Below, one piece after another: positions 55,670 through 64,000 of a stretch of 64,000 nt of DNA (position 1 is the stretch's first letter; each line of letters starts with the position of its first letter). Position numbers and translations under genes: made by a program. A model generated the notes under the pieces. That model was given only the letters and a program-made list of their open reading frames with translations, searched no databases and was not told the origin of the DNA. Origin of the DNA: Acidobacteriota bacterium. GTDB lineage: Bacteria; Acidobacteriota; Thermoanaerobaculia; Gp7-AA8. The DNA lies in NCBI GenBank assembly GCA_019244185.1, contig JAFATB010000026.1, positions 148,175 through 212,174 on the forward strand, in the 5' to 3' direction.

Positions 55670-56213
55670 GGCTCTCGCCGGCTTTCTCACCGGCCTCGCG
55701 CTGTGGGTCGTGCTCACGCCGCTCTACGACCGCGTCATCGGCGCGGGCGCGGAAGCGACGCTGCGCGCGTTCGAGAGCCCGTCCGTGACGCGCCTCCATC
55801 GTGAGGCCGACGGCTACACGACCGTCGACCGCAGCGACTTCGACCCGCGCTCGAAACAGCGGCCGACCGTCGCCATCAAAGACCTCACCTTCAACTTCGT
55901 GCTGCTCGCCGCGCTCTTCGCGATCGCGAAGCGGCCGTTCTCCGATCGCAACATCGGCGGCTTTCTCGCGGCCTCGGCCGCGCTCGCGGTCACGCACGTC
56001 GGCGCGACGATCGCGGAAGTCATGTCGATCTACGTCGCGAAGCTCGGCATCTGGAGCACCGTGCATTACGGCGAGACGGCGCGCAACATCTGGGGCGTCA
56101 CCGCCACGTTCTACCGCGTCGTGCTGATGTACGCGATCGTCTTCGCGCTCTGGTTCGTCTTCCGCGATCCCGGCGCCGCGCCGGTGCCGAAGAAAAAGAA
56201 GCGAGCGCGCTGA
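55629..56213 (+). CDS. exosortase-associated hypothetical membrane protein
   Basis: Four hydrophobic helices and a Lys-rich tail (PKKKKRAR). The GTG start overlaps the exosortase gene by 41 nt; the true start may be later. Confidence 0.55.
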   Translation: MHGLPRLDWRTALKALAGFLTGLALWVVLTPLYDRVIGAGAEATLRAFESPSVTRLHREADGYTTVDRSDFDPRSKQRPTVAIKDLTFNFVLLAALFAIAKRPFSDRNIGGFLAASAALAVTHVGATIAEVMSIYVAKLGIWSTVHYGETARNIWGVTATFYRVVLMYAIVFALWFVFRDPGAAPVPKKKKRAR

Positions 56214-56220
56214 AGCGTCC

Positions 56221-56290
56221 CGCAGTTGCGGACGCGAAACGGCGCGCGCAGTTGCGGACGCCAAACGGCGCGCGCAGTTGCGCGCGTCCG
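56221..56290. repeat. 26-bp tandem direct repeat, about 2.4 copies
   Basis: CGCAGTTGCGGACGCGAAACGGCGCG (56221-56246), then CGCAGTTGCGGACGCCAAACGGCGCG (56247-56272), then the partial copy CGCAGTTGCGCGCGTCCGCC. Confidence 0.85.
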
Positions 56291-56330
56291 CCGCGCGAGG
56301 TAAAACAGACGCTTCCGGAGGATTGCTGCG

Positions 56331-57236
56331 ATGCGTCTGGTCACGCGTGGTGACCTCGACGGCCTCACGAGCGCCGTCATCATCACGATGAAGGAGCCGG
56401 TGGACGAGCTCCTGCTCGTGCATCCGCAGGACATCACCGACCAGCGCGTCGACATCCGCTCCGACGACATCCTCACGAACCTGCCGTACGACCCGCGCTG
56501 CGGCATGTGGTTCGATCACCATCTCCTCACCGACAGCAACCAGCGTCCCTCCGGCGCGTTCCGCGGCCGCTACGACATCGCGCCGTCGGCGGCGCGGCTC
56601 GTGTACGACTACTACCTCGAACAGGCACCCGACGATCCCGCGCTGCTGCGCCTCGCGCCGCTCGTCGACGAGACCGACCGCCTCGACGCCGCGCTCCTCA
56701 CGCCCACCGACGTCGAGTCGCCACGCGACTACATCCTCCTCGGCTACACGATGGACAGCCGCACCGGCCTCGGCGCGTTCGACGATTACTTCCGCAAGCT
56801 CGTCGCCTGGCTCAAGACGATGTCCATCGACGAGGTGCTCGCGCAGCCGGATGTCCGCGAACGCGTGGAACGCATCCGCGCCGATCAGGCGGACTTCAAG
56901 CGCCTCCTCGTGCGCAACAGCTTCCTGCTGAACAACGTCGTCGTCACCGACCTGCGCGAGATCGACCGGCTCCCCGCCGGCAACCGCTTCCTCGTCTACT
57001 CGCTCTTCCCGCAGGCGAACGTCTCGCTGCGCGTGCACTGGGGACCGCGCGAGAACAGCGTCATCGCCGCGGTCGGCCACAGCATCTTCAACCGCACGTG
57101 CAAGACATCGGTGGGCGAGCTGATGTCGCGCTTCGGCGGCGGCGGCCACCGCGGCGCCGGCACGTGCGTCCTCCCCGTGGAGCGCGCGGCCGACGCCATC
57201 GATGAGATCCTCTACGAACTGCAGGCGAACGGATGA
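56331..57236 (+). CDS. DHH/DHHA1-family phosphoesterase
   Basis: GDLDG (DxD), WFDHH (DHH) and C-terminal GGGGHRGAG (DHHA1 GGGH) motifs. GGAGG RBS. Confidence 0.75.
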   Translation: MRLVTRGDLDGLTSAVIITMKEPVDELLLVHPQDITDQRVDIRSDDILTNLPYDPRCGMWFDHHLLTDSNQRPSGAFRGRYDIAPSAARLVYDYYLEQAPDDPALLRLAPLVDETDRLDAALLTPTDVESPRDYILLGYTMDSRTGLGAFDDYFRKLVAWLKTMSIDEVLAQPDVRERVERIRADQADFKRLLVRNSFLLNNVVVTDLREIDRLPAGNRFLVYSLFPQANVSLRVHWGPRENSVIAAVGHSIFNRTCKTSVGELMSRFGGGGHRGAGTCVLPVERAADAIDEILYELQANG

Positions 57237-59521
57237 AACTACGCACCGCGCTCCTCCTGGTCCTCGCGCTTGCCGCGCCCGCGTTCGCGGCGTCGAATCA
57301 GAACGTCGTCGAAGGCAACAGCGGCCTCACCATCGTGCGCGTCACGTTCACGATTCCGGCGCCGGTGAATCTGCCGGTCACCGGGCATTACGAGACGGTG
57401 GACGGCACGGCCACCGCGGCCGACAACGACTACCAGCCCGTGAGCGGCGACTTCGTCATTCCGTCGGGCCAGACGTCGAGCGAGCCGGTCGACATCCCGA
57501 TCGTCGGCGACACGAAAGTGGAGTCCGACGAGACGTTCCAGCTCGTCCTCAGCAACATCCAGAACGGCGCCGAGCTCGATCCCGGTCCGTACTCCTTCAC
57601 GATCGTCAACGACGACGCGCCGGTCATCAGCGTCACCGGCACCTCCGTGCGCGAAGGCAACTCTGGCACGACCGCGCTGCCGTTCGACATCGTGCTCGGC
57701 GCGCCGGCGGCGACGCCGCTGCAGATCGCATACACCACGATCCCCGGCACGGCGACGGCGGGCGAGGACTACGTCCCCGCGAACGCCACCGTGACGTTCG
57801 CGCCGGGCGAGGTGCGCAAGACCGTGAACGTCACGGTGATCGGCGACACGCGATTCGAGCCCGACGAGACGCTCACGCTCGTCGCCGCGCAGTCCGGCCT
57901 GCCGCCGTCCGCACCCGCGAGCGCCGTCGGCACGATCATCAACGACGACACGCGCCCGGCCGCGAGCCTCACCATCGTCAGCGGCAACAACCAGAGCGGG
58001 CGGCTCGGCCAACCACTCGCGCAGCCGCTGGTCGTGCAGGTCAACGACGCTGCGGGCGCGCCCGTCGCCGGCGCAACCGTGCAGTGGAGCGTGACGCGCG
58101 GCGCCGCGCAGCTCGATCCCGCCACGAGCACGACCAACGCGGAAGGACGCGCGTCGACGATCGTGACGCCGAACAGCGTCGGCGCCATCGACATCCGCGC
58201 GAGCTCCGGCGATCTGCCGCCGGTCACGTTCACGATCGCCGCGCAGACGACGCTCGAAGCGCGCGCGAACGGCCCGGTCGCGAAACCGATCGCGCACGTG
58301 CTCGACGGCGTCTGCGCGCGCAACGAAGAGCCGTTCACGCTCGTCTGCCGCGCGCTCGAACGCCTGCCCGACACCGACCTCACGCCCGCCCTCGAGCGCA
58401 TCGCGCCGCAGCAGGCGGGCGCGCAGTCGAAGATCGCCGGCGAGATCATCGCGAACATCACCGCGAGCCTCAGCGCGCGCCTCGCCGAACGCCGCGCCGG
58501 CGCGCGCTTCTCGCTGCAGCACGCGTCGCTCTCGATCGGCGGACAGCCCGTGCCCGTGGCCATCGTCGCGAACGCGCTCCTCGAACAGACCGGCACCGGC
58601 GCCGCGACGGGCGACGCGAACGGCGACGACTACAACGGCTGGTCCGCGTTCGTCAGCGGCAATCTCGGCACCGGCGAGCGTCGCGCGAGCTCCGGCGCGC
58701 TCGGCTTCGATCTCGATACAAGCGGCGTGATGGTGGGCGTCGATCGGCAGTTCGGCGAGAACATCTTCGGCCTCTCCGCGAACGCCGGCTGGCTCGACGC
58801 GACGCTCAGCGCCGGCACCGGCACCGTCGACACGACGAACTACGCGCTCTCGCTCTACGGCAGCCGCGGCGGTCTCTTCGCCGGCAGCGCCGCGCCGTCC
58901 ACCGGCACGTCGATGCATTACGACGGCGTGCATCTCGAAGGCAGCCTCACCGCCGGACGCAGCCAGTTCGACGCCACGCACATCGTGAGCGTGCCGCTCC
59001 TGCCGTCGTCGACCGCGCACAGCTCGAACGATGCGACGCTCTTCGCGCTCACCGCGGGGGGCGGCGTCGACGCGCATCGCGGCCGCACCGACTTCGACTT
59101 CGCGCTCTCCGGCACGTGGTCGCGCACGCGGATCGACGACCTCGCCGAAAGCGACGCCGGTCCGCTGGTGCTCTTCGTCGATGGACACGACATCGAGTCG
59201 CTCGTCGCCAACGCGGGACTCGACGTCCGCTCCGCGATCGCGGTGCCGTTCGGCACGCTGATGCCGACGTTCCGCGGTGAGCTCGTGCACGAGTTCCGCA
59301 GCGCGGCGCGCCTCGTCACCGCGCACTTCCTGCACGACCATCTCGGCACCGGCTTCACGATTCCGGTCGATCAGCCGGACGCGAACTACGGCAAGCTGTC
59401 GGCGGGCCTGCAGGCGGTCTTCCCGCGCGGCGTCTCCGCGTTCGTCGAGGTGACGCAGGACGTGGCGCGCTCCGACTTGCGCTTCCGTACGCTGCAGTTC
59501 AATCTGTCGAAGTCGTTCTGA
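57233..59521 (+). CDS. autotransporter with two Calx-beta domains and an Ig-like (Big_1-type) domain
   Basis: Signal peptide. Calx-beta signatures (VGDTKVESDETFQLVLS, IGDTRFEPDETLTLVA). Ig-like LTIVSGNNQSG...VVQVNDAAGAPVAGATVQWSV. C-terminal beta-barrel ending LQFNLSKSF. Confidence 0.8.
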   Translation: MKLRTALLLVLALAAPAFAASNQNVVEGNSGLTIVRVTFTIPAPVNLPVTGHYETVDGTATAADNDYQPVSGDFVIPSGQTSSEPVDIPIVGDTKVESDETFQLVLSNIQNGAELDPGPYSFTIVNDDAPVISVTGTSVREGNSGTTALPFDIVLGAPAATPLQIAYTTIPGTATAGEDYVPANATVTFAPGEVRKTVNVTVIGDTRFEPDETLTLVAAQSGLPPSAPASAVGTIINDDTRPAASLTIVSGNNQSGRLGQPLAQPLVVQVNDAAGAPVAGATVQWSVTRGAAQLDPATSTTNAEGRASTIVTPNSVGAIDIRASSGDLPPVTFTIAAQTTLEARANGPVAKPIAHVLDGVCARNEEPFTLVCRALERLPDTDLTPALERIAPQQAGAQSKIAGEIIANITASLSARLAERRAGARFSLQHASLSIGGQPVPVAIVANALLEQTGTGAATGDANGDDYNGWSAFVSGNLGTGERRASSGALGFDLDTSGVMVGVDRQFGENIFGLSANAGWLDATLSAGTGTVDTTNYALSLYGSRGGLFAGSAAPSTGTSMHYDGVHLEGSLTAGRSQFDATHIVSVPLLPSSTAHSSNDATLFALTAGGGVDAHRGRTDFDFALSGTWSRTRIDDLAESDAGPLVLFVDGHDIESLVANAGLDVRSAIAVPFGTLMPTFRGELVHEFRSAARLVTAHFLHDHLGTGFTIPVDQPDANYGKLSAGLQAVFPRGVSAFVEVTQDVARSDLRFRTLQFNLSKSF

Positions 59522-59526
59522 TCCGC

Positions 59527-61011
59527 ATGCGCTCCGCCGCCGCGCTCTTGTTGCTGCTCGCTGTCTTCGCGCCGATCCTGCGCGCGCAGAACGCCGACGA
59601 TCTCGTGCTCGTCGACTGCCGCCTGCCGCCGAAGATGAAACGCATCGGCGGGCGCACGTATCCGGTCGCTGCGCGTCCGATCCGCACGACCGCGCTCGAC
59701 TGCCGCATTCGCGGCGGCGAGTACACGGTGTACGACCGCGCGAACTACGCAACGTCGCTCAAGATCTGGCTCGACGCCGCGGAGAAAGGCGATCGCGACG
59801 CGCAGTACTACGTCGGCAAGCTCTACGAAGGCGGCCTCGGCACGCCGCCCGATTTCGCCGCCGCCGCGCGCTGGTACGCGAAGGCCGCCGACGCGGGCCT
59901 CAGCGCCGCGCAGTTCAGCCTCGGGACGCTCTACGAAAAGGGCCTCGGCGTTCCCGCCGATCCGGCCAAAGCGTTCGCGCTCTATCGCCGCGCCTCGGGA
60001 CTGCCGGACAACGTCGTGCTCGTCGAGAGCGCGAAGTACGAGGAGCTCGAGCGCGCCGCGAACGACCTCGCCGCGCGCGAGCAGGAGATCGACGAGCTGC
60101 AACGCCAGCTCGACGACGCGCGCAAACAGCACAAGCTCGATCATCAGCGCGAGCGCGAGCTCACGCAGCAACTCGACGCCGCGAAACAAAAGGCGGACAC
60201 GCAGCGCAAAGACGTCGCCAGCAAACGCAACGCGGTGCACGTCGCCGCGACGAATGCCGCGCCGCTGCCGTCCGCGAAGCGCGGGACGCTCGGACGCTAC
60301 GTCGCGCTCGTCATCGGCAACGCGACGTACGACCATCTGCCGCCGATGCCGTCGGCCGAAACGAACGCGCGCGCCGTGGCCGCGCTGCTGCGCGACGCGT
60401 ACGGCTTCGACGTCACGCTGCTCCTCAACGCGCGCAACGACGCCATCCTCGCCAGCCTCTACAAACTGAGCCAGACGCTCGGCGAGAACGACAATCTCGT
60501 CGTCTACTACGCCGGCCACGGCCGCCGCGACCTGCGCAACCGGCGCGGCTGGTGGCTGCCTGCCGACGCGGATGCCGACGCCGCCGCGAAGACGAACTGG
60601 CTGCCGAATCAGGACGTCAGCGACCGGCTCGCGCTCGTGCCCGCGCGGCACATCCTCGTCCTCGCCGACGCGTCGTACGTCGGCGACATCACCCGCGGCG
60701 CGCCGCAGCCCGCGCCTTCGAACCTCACCGCCGCGCAGTGGTCGAAGTATCTCGAGACGACGAAGAGCCGCCGCGCGCGGCTCGCGCTCTCGTCCGGCGC
60801 GGACGAGCCGTCCGCCACCGGCTCGCGCTTCACGGCCGCGCTGCTCGAAGTGCTGCAAAAGCAGAAGGGCGTCGTGCCCGCGTCGCGCATCCACCAGGAG
60901 GTGGTCAACGTGTTGACCGCCGACGAGCGAGTGACCTCCGCCGTGCCGATCTTCGCGCCGCTGCAGTCGGCGTTTCACGACGGCGTCGACTTCCTCTTCG
61001 AGCGCCGATGA
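59527..61011 (+). CDS. secreted Sel1-repeat / coiled-coil / caspase-like (C14 fold) protein with Ser at the catalytic Cys position
   Basis: Signal peptide. Sel1 repeats (AQYYVGKLYEGGLGTPPDFAAAARWYAKAADAG, AQFSLGTLYEKGLGVPADPAKAFALYRRAS). Coiled coil. YVALVIGNATY...VVYYAGHG...ILVLADASYVG. Confidence 0.8.
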   Translation: MRSAAALLLLLAVFAPILRAQNADDLVLVDCRLPPKMKRIGGRTYPVAARPIRTTALDCRIRGGEYTVYDRANYATSLKIWLDAAEKGDRDAQYYVGKLYEGGLGTPPDFAAAARWYAKAADAGLSAAQFSLGTLYEKGLGVPADPAKAFALYRRASGLPDNVVLVESAKYEELERAANDLAAREQEIDELQRQLDDARKQHKLDHQRERELTQQLDAAKQKADTQRKDVASKRNAVHVAATNAAPLPSAKRGTLGRYVALVIGNATYDHLPPMPSAETNARAVAALLRDAYGFDVTLLLNARNDAILASLYKLSQTLGENDNLVVYYAGHGRRDLRNRRGWWLPADADADAAAKTNWLPNQDVSDRLALVPARHILVLADASYVGDITRGAPQPAPSNLTAAQWSKYLETTKSRRARLALSSGADEPSATGSRFTAALLEVLQKQKGVVPASRIHQEVVNVLTADERVTSAVPIFAPLQSAFHDGVDFLFERR

Positions 61012-62798
61012 GCACCGTTCTCGACGAGATCGCGGAGCGCTTCGACGTCCTCGCCAAGCTCGGCGAGGGCGGCATGGGCTGCGTCTACAAGGTCCGCCAC
61101 CGCGACCTCGACGAAGTGCAGATCGTGAAGACGCTGCAGGCGCACCTCAGCACGAACGAAGGGCTGCGCACGCGCTTCATCAATGAGGCGCGCCGAGGAA
61201 TGAGGTTGAGGCATCCGCACATCGCGGGAGTGCATGATTTTCACGTCTGCGCGGACGGCACCGGCTACATCGTGATGGAGTACGTGCACGGCCTCAATTT
61301 GCGCGACCTCGTCAGCGCGCGCGGGCCGCTGCGCGTGCCGCTCGTCGGCGCGATCGCCTTGCAGACGCTCGACGCGCTCGGCTACCTGCACAGCCAGAAG
61401 TTCGTTCACCGCGACATCTCGCCCGACAACCTGATCCTCACGCAGACCGCCGACGGCCACCCGTTCGTCAAGCTCATCGACCTCGGCATCTCGAAGTCGC
61501 TCGACGAAGGCAACACCATGACCCAGACCGGCCAGTTCCTCGGCAAGGTTGCGTACGCGTCGCCCGAGCAGTTCGGCGGCCACGTGGACGGCCGCAGCGA
61601 TCTCTATTCGTTCGGCGTCGTGCTCTACAAGCTACTGACGAACGAGGAGCCGTTTGCCGGCGAGAACTACCGCGAGATCATCAGCGCGCATCTCTTCCAG
61701 AAGCCGCGGCCGTTCCCGCCGGAGCTCGAGATTCCGGACGCCGTCCAGCAGGTCGTGTTCCGCGCGCTCGAGAACGAGCCGGCACATCGCTACGCCGACG
61801 CCCACGAGTTCGCGGATGCCGTCGAGGAAGCGTTCGGCGTGCAGCGCGAGCGGACGACGCGTCCCGCGCTCGAACGCATCTCGCGCGCCGAAGACGCGAC
61901 GCTCGTCGACGGCGAGACGACGGCGATCGACACCACCGTCGCGGAGACGTCGTTCGCCGCGGCACCGACCATCGGCGAAACGGTCGTCGCGCGTCCGCGC
62001 GCGTCGCGGCGCTGGCCGTTACTCGCAGCTATCGTCCTCGTGCTGCTCGTCGCCGGCGCGCTCGTCTGGCAGCGGATGCACGCGGCCGCGCTCGCGCGCT
62101 ACGGCAACTTCTACGCGGTCGTCATCGGCGAAGGGGAGTACCGCAAGTTCGAAGCGCTGCCCACCGCCGTCGACGACGCGCGCGCCGTCGCGCAGTTGCT
62201 CGAGTCGCGATACGGCTTTCACGTAACGCGGCTCGAGAACGCGAAGCAGCAGGAGATCCTCGCCGCGCTGAACGCCGTCGGCAAGCAGCTCACGCCCGCC
62301 GACAACCTGCTCGTCTTCTACGCCGGCCACGGCTCGCTGCTCAACGGCAAGGGCTACTGGCAGCCGGTCGACGCCGGCTTCGACATGACGAACTGGATCT
62401 CGCCCGCGCTCGTGAAAGACGCGCTGCTCGATCATCCCGCGCGCCGTGCGCTCGTCATCGCCGACACGTGCTATTCCGGCGCGCTCGTGCACGGCGCGCT
62501 CGCGACGTTGCCGCCCGATGAGCGCTTGACGAAACGCGCGCGTCTCGTCCTCAGCTCCGGCGGCACCGCGCCGGTGATCGACTCCGCCGACGGCCGTCAC
62601 TCGATCTTCACGCGCGCACTCCTCGACGTCCTCGGCGAGCGCGGACGCGGCGTCACCGACGTGCAGTCGATCTTCACGCCGATTGAGGCGCGCGTCATCG
62701 ACGCCGCCCGGCGCGACGGCCACGAGCAGAAGCCGGAGCTCGCCGCGATGGCCGAGGTGGGGGATGAGGGCGGGACGTTCTACTTCGTCAGGCGCTGA
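61008..62798 (+). CDS. Hanks-type Ser/Thr protein kinase, single TM, extracytoplasmic caspase-like (C14) domain
   Basis: ATGA overlap with the upstream gene. Kinase motifs GEGGMGCVY, IVK, HRDISPDNL, DLG, SPE. TM segment WPLLAAIVLVLLVAGALVW. Caspase-like YAVVIGEGEY...LVFYAGHG...LVIADTCYSG. Confidence 0.85.
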   Translation: MSTVLDEIAERFDVLAKLGEGGMGCVYKVRHRDLDEVQIVKTLQAHLSTNEGLRTRFINEARRGMRLRHPHIAGVHDFHVCADGTGYIVMEYVHGLNLRDLVSARGPLRVPLVGAIALQTLDALGYLHSQKFVHRDISPDNLILTQTADGHPFVKLIDLGISKSLDEGNTMTQTGQFLGKVAYASPEQFGGHVDGRSDLYSFGVVLYKLLTNEEPFAGENYREIISAHLFQKPRPFPPELEIPDAVQQVVFRALENEPAHRYADAHEFADAVEEAFGVQRERTTRPALERISRAEDATLVDGETTAIDTTVAETSFAAAPTIGETVVARPRASRRWPLLAAIVLVLLVAGALVWQRMHAAALARYGNFYAVVIGEGEYRKFEALPTAVDDARAVAQLLESRYGFHVTRLENAKQQEILAALNAVGKQLTPADNLLVFYAGHGSLLNGKGYWQPVDAGFDMTNWISPALVKDALLDHPARRALVIADTCYSGALVHGALATLPPDERLTKRARLVLSSGGTAPVIDSADGRHSIFTRALLDVLGERGRGVTDVQSIFTPIEARVIDAARRDGHEQKPELAAMAEVGDEGGTFYFVRR

Positions 62799-62812
62799 TC
62801 TTCAGACGCCGA

Positions 62813-64000
62813 TCAGATATCCGGCCAGTGCCGCAGCAGCGACGGCGTCGAGTGCGCGAGGTACAGCACCGCGTCGAACTTCGCGCCGAAGTCCGCCGGC
62901 AGATCGAGCGTCGCCGCATCGGGTGACGGCACGGCCGAGCCGGCGATGCGCATGCGGTGCGTGCCCGCGAGCCACGGCGGCAGCGGCGCGTGCAGCGGGA
63001 CGATCATCGCGTCGAGCCGCGCTTGTGCGAGAAGCCGCGCGAAGTCGTCGGGCGACGGCGCCGTCATCTGCTGCGCGCCGATGAAGCCGTCGAAGGTGCC
63101 GGGCAGATACTCGACGGCGAGGAACGTGCCGTCGAGCAGCGCGGAGCCGAGGGCGAAGTAATCGTTGCCGAACGTCGCGGCGAGCGATGAGCCGGCGCTG
63201 CGGATCGGACGCGGATCCTGCAGCACGTAGTCGGTGCGTCCCCAATGCTCGTTGTGCCCGAGGACGACGACGCGGTCGCGTTGCGCGAGCCAGGTGAGGT
63301 TCTCCGCCATCGCCGCGTCGCGCGCGTTGCGGTCGCCGGCGGCGACGCGCTCGCTCTGTTCGACGATGCGCGCGGCGTGGAGCACTTCATCGAGCTCGGG
63401 CGACGGCGGATGTGACGCGAGCGACGTGCGCACGCCGGCGATGAGAGAACGGCAGCGCTCATCGCCGCGATACGACGCGCCCATGCACGCGTAGTTCGCC
63501 TGCGCTTCCTCGGCCGCGGCGGGATCGATGCGACCGAGGTAGTCGACGACGACGCGCATGGCACCGGCGGTGGGATCGACGCCGGCGATGCGGATCGGCG
63601 GCGTGAGCCCGGCGGCGTTCTGCGCGCGCGCCCACATGAGGAGGTCGAAGACTTCCTGCGCGTCCCAGAACCAGTAGCGCGCGAGTGCGAGCGCGGCCGC
63701 GGGATCGCCGCTGCCGTGCACGATGTAGTCGTCGAGTTGCGCGTACTCCGCGTACGGCGCCTCGAACGCGATCGTGCGGAAGCCGGCATCGACGAGCGCC
63801 GGCACGAGCTGCTGCTTCGACGCGAAGAGCTCGTGCGTGCCGTGCGTGGCGTCGCCGAGGGCGACGATGCGGGCGTTCGAGACGAGGCGCAGGAAGGGTG
63901 AGAGGGTGCCGTCGATGCGGATCGCGCGCTGCCGCAGCCACGCGGCGGGCGTGTCGACGTCGCCGGAGCGCACCGCGCGCACGCGTGCGGCGAGCGGCAG
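62813..64000 (-). CDS. erythromycin esterase-family protein (partial; reading frame still open at right edge)
   Basis: IVALGDATHGTHELF...AFEAPYAEY...VVLGHNEHW motifs. The frame is open upstream of the GTG at 63982 to the window end. Confidence 0.8.
   Translation of the reverse strand: MPLAARVRAVRSGDVDTPAAWLRQRAIRIDGTLSPFLRLVSNARIVALGDATHGTHELFASKQQLVPALVDAGFRTIAFEAPYAEYAQLDDYIVHGSGDPAAALALARYWFWDAQEVFDLLMWARAQNAAGLTPPIRIAGVDPTAGAMRVVVDYLGRIDPAAAEEAQANYACMGASYRGDERCRSLIAGVRTSLASHPPSPELDEVLHAARIVEQSERVAAGDRNARDAAMAENLTWLAQRDRVVVLGHNEHWGRTDYVLQDPRPIRSAGSSLAATFGNDYFALGSALLDGTFLAVEYLPGTFDGFIGAQQMTAPSPDDFARLLAQARLDAMIVPLHAPLPPWLAGTHRMRIAGSAVPSPDAATLDLPADFGAKFDAVLYLAHSTPSLLRHWPDI

Overview
GC-rich window with strong GC3 bias and dense coding on both strands. 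I support about 58 protein-coding genes, one tRNA-Phe, one candidate small structured RNA and a few regulatory or repeat elements. I saw no rRNA, CRISPR array, integrase, transposase or prophage signature, so this looks like core chromosome. Several features suggest Acidobacteriota, which is an inference: an Oar-like TonB-dependent receptor with a CarboxypepD_reg N-terminus, three tandem acidobacterial-type VWFA paralogs, many secreted TPR proteins and a short XrtH-like exosortase. Housekeeping genes include a polyprenyl synthase, an ECF sigma/anti-sigma pair, sat-cysC, rnc, an envC-like/ctp/yibQ-like envelope cluster, efp, glgX and rsmE. Because of the GC content, most long ORFs in the six-frame track are shadow ORFs and were discarded. 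The most interesting regions are: (1) A translationally coupled operon at 56331-62798 encoding a DHH phosphoesterase, a Calx-beta autotransporter, a secreted Sel1/coiled-coil caspase-like protein with Ser in place of the catalytic Cys, and a transmembrane Hanks kinase fused to an intact extracytoplasmic caspase-like domain. (2) An overlapping four-gene operon at 31329-34993 encoding a GT-B glycosyltransferase, a 2OG-Fe(II) oxygenase, an unknown protein and a PP-loop ATPase-like protein. (3) A dockerin/cohesin-like gene pair at 4475-8172. (4) A triplicated VWA gene array at 18090-24427 with a degenerate MIDAS motif, preceded by two Thr-type sulfatase-like/TPR paralogs. (5) A promoter-to-terminator small RNA candidate at 8840-9074. 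(6) A 9-bp direct repeat with a 12-bp spacer, the LytTR-box geometry, next to a LytS/LytTR pair. (7) A PilZ-family gene interrupted by a frameshift inside a (CG)5 run. All functional calls come from motif recognition by eye. No database search was run.
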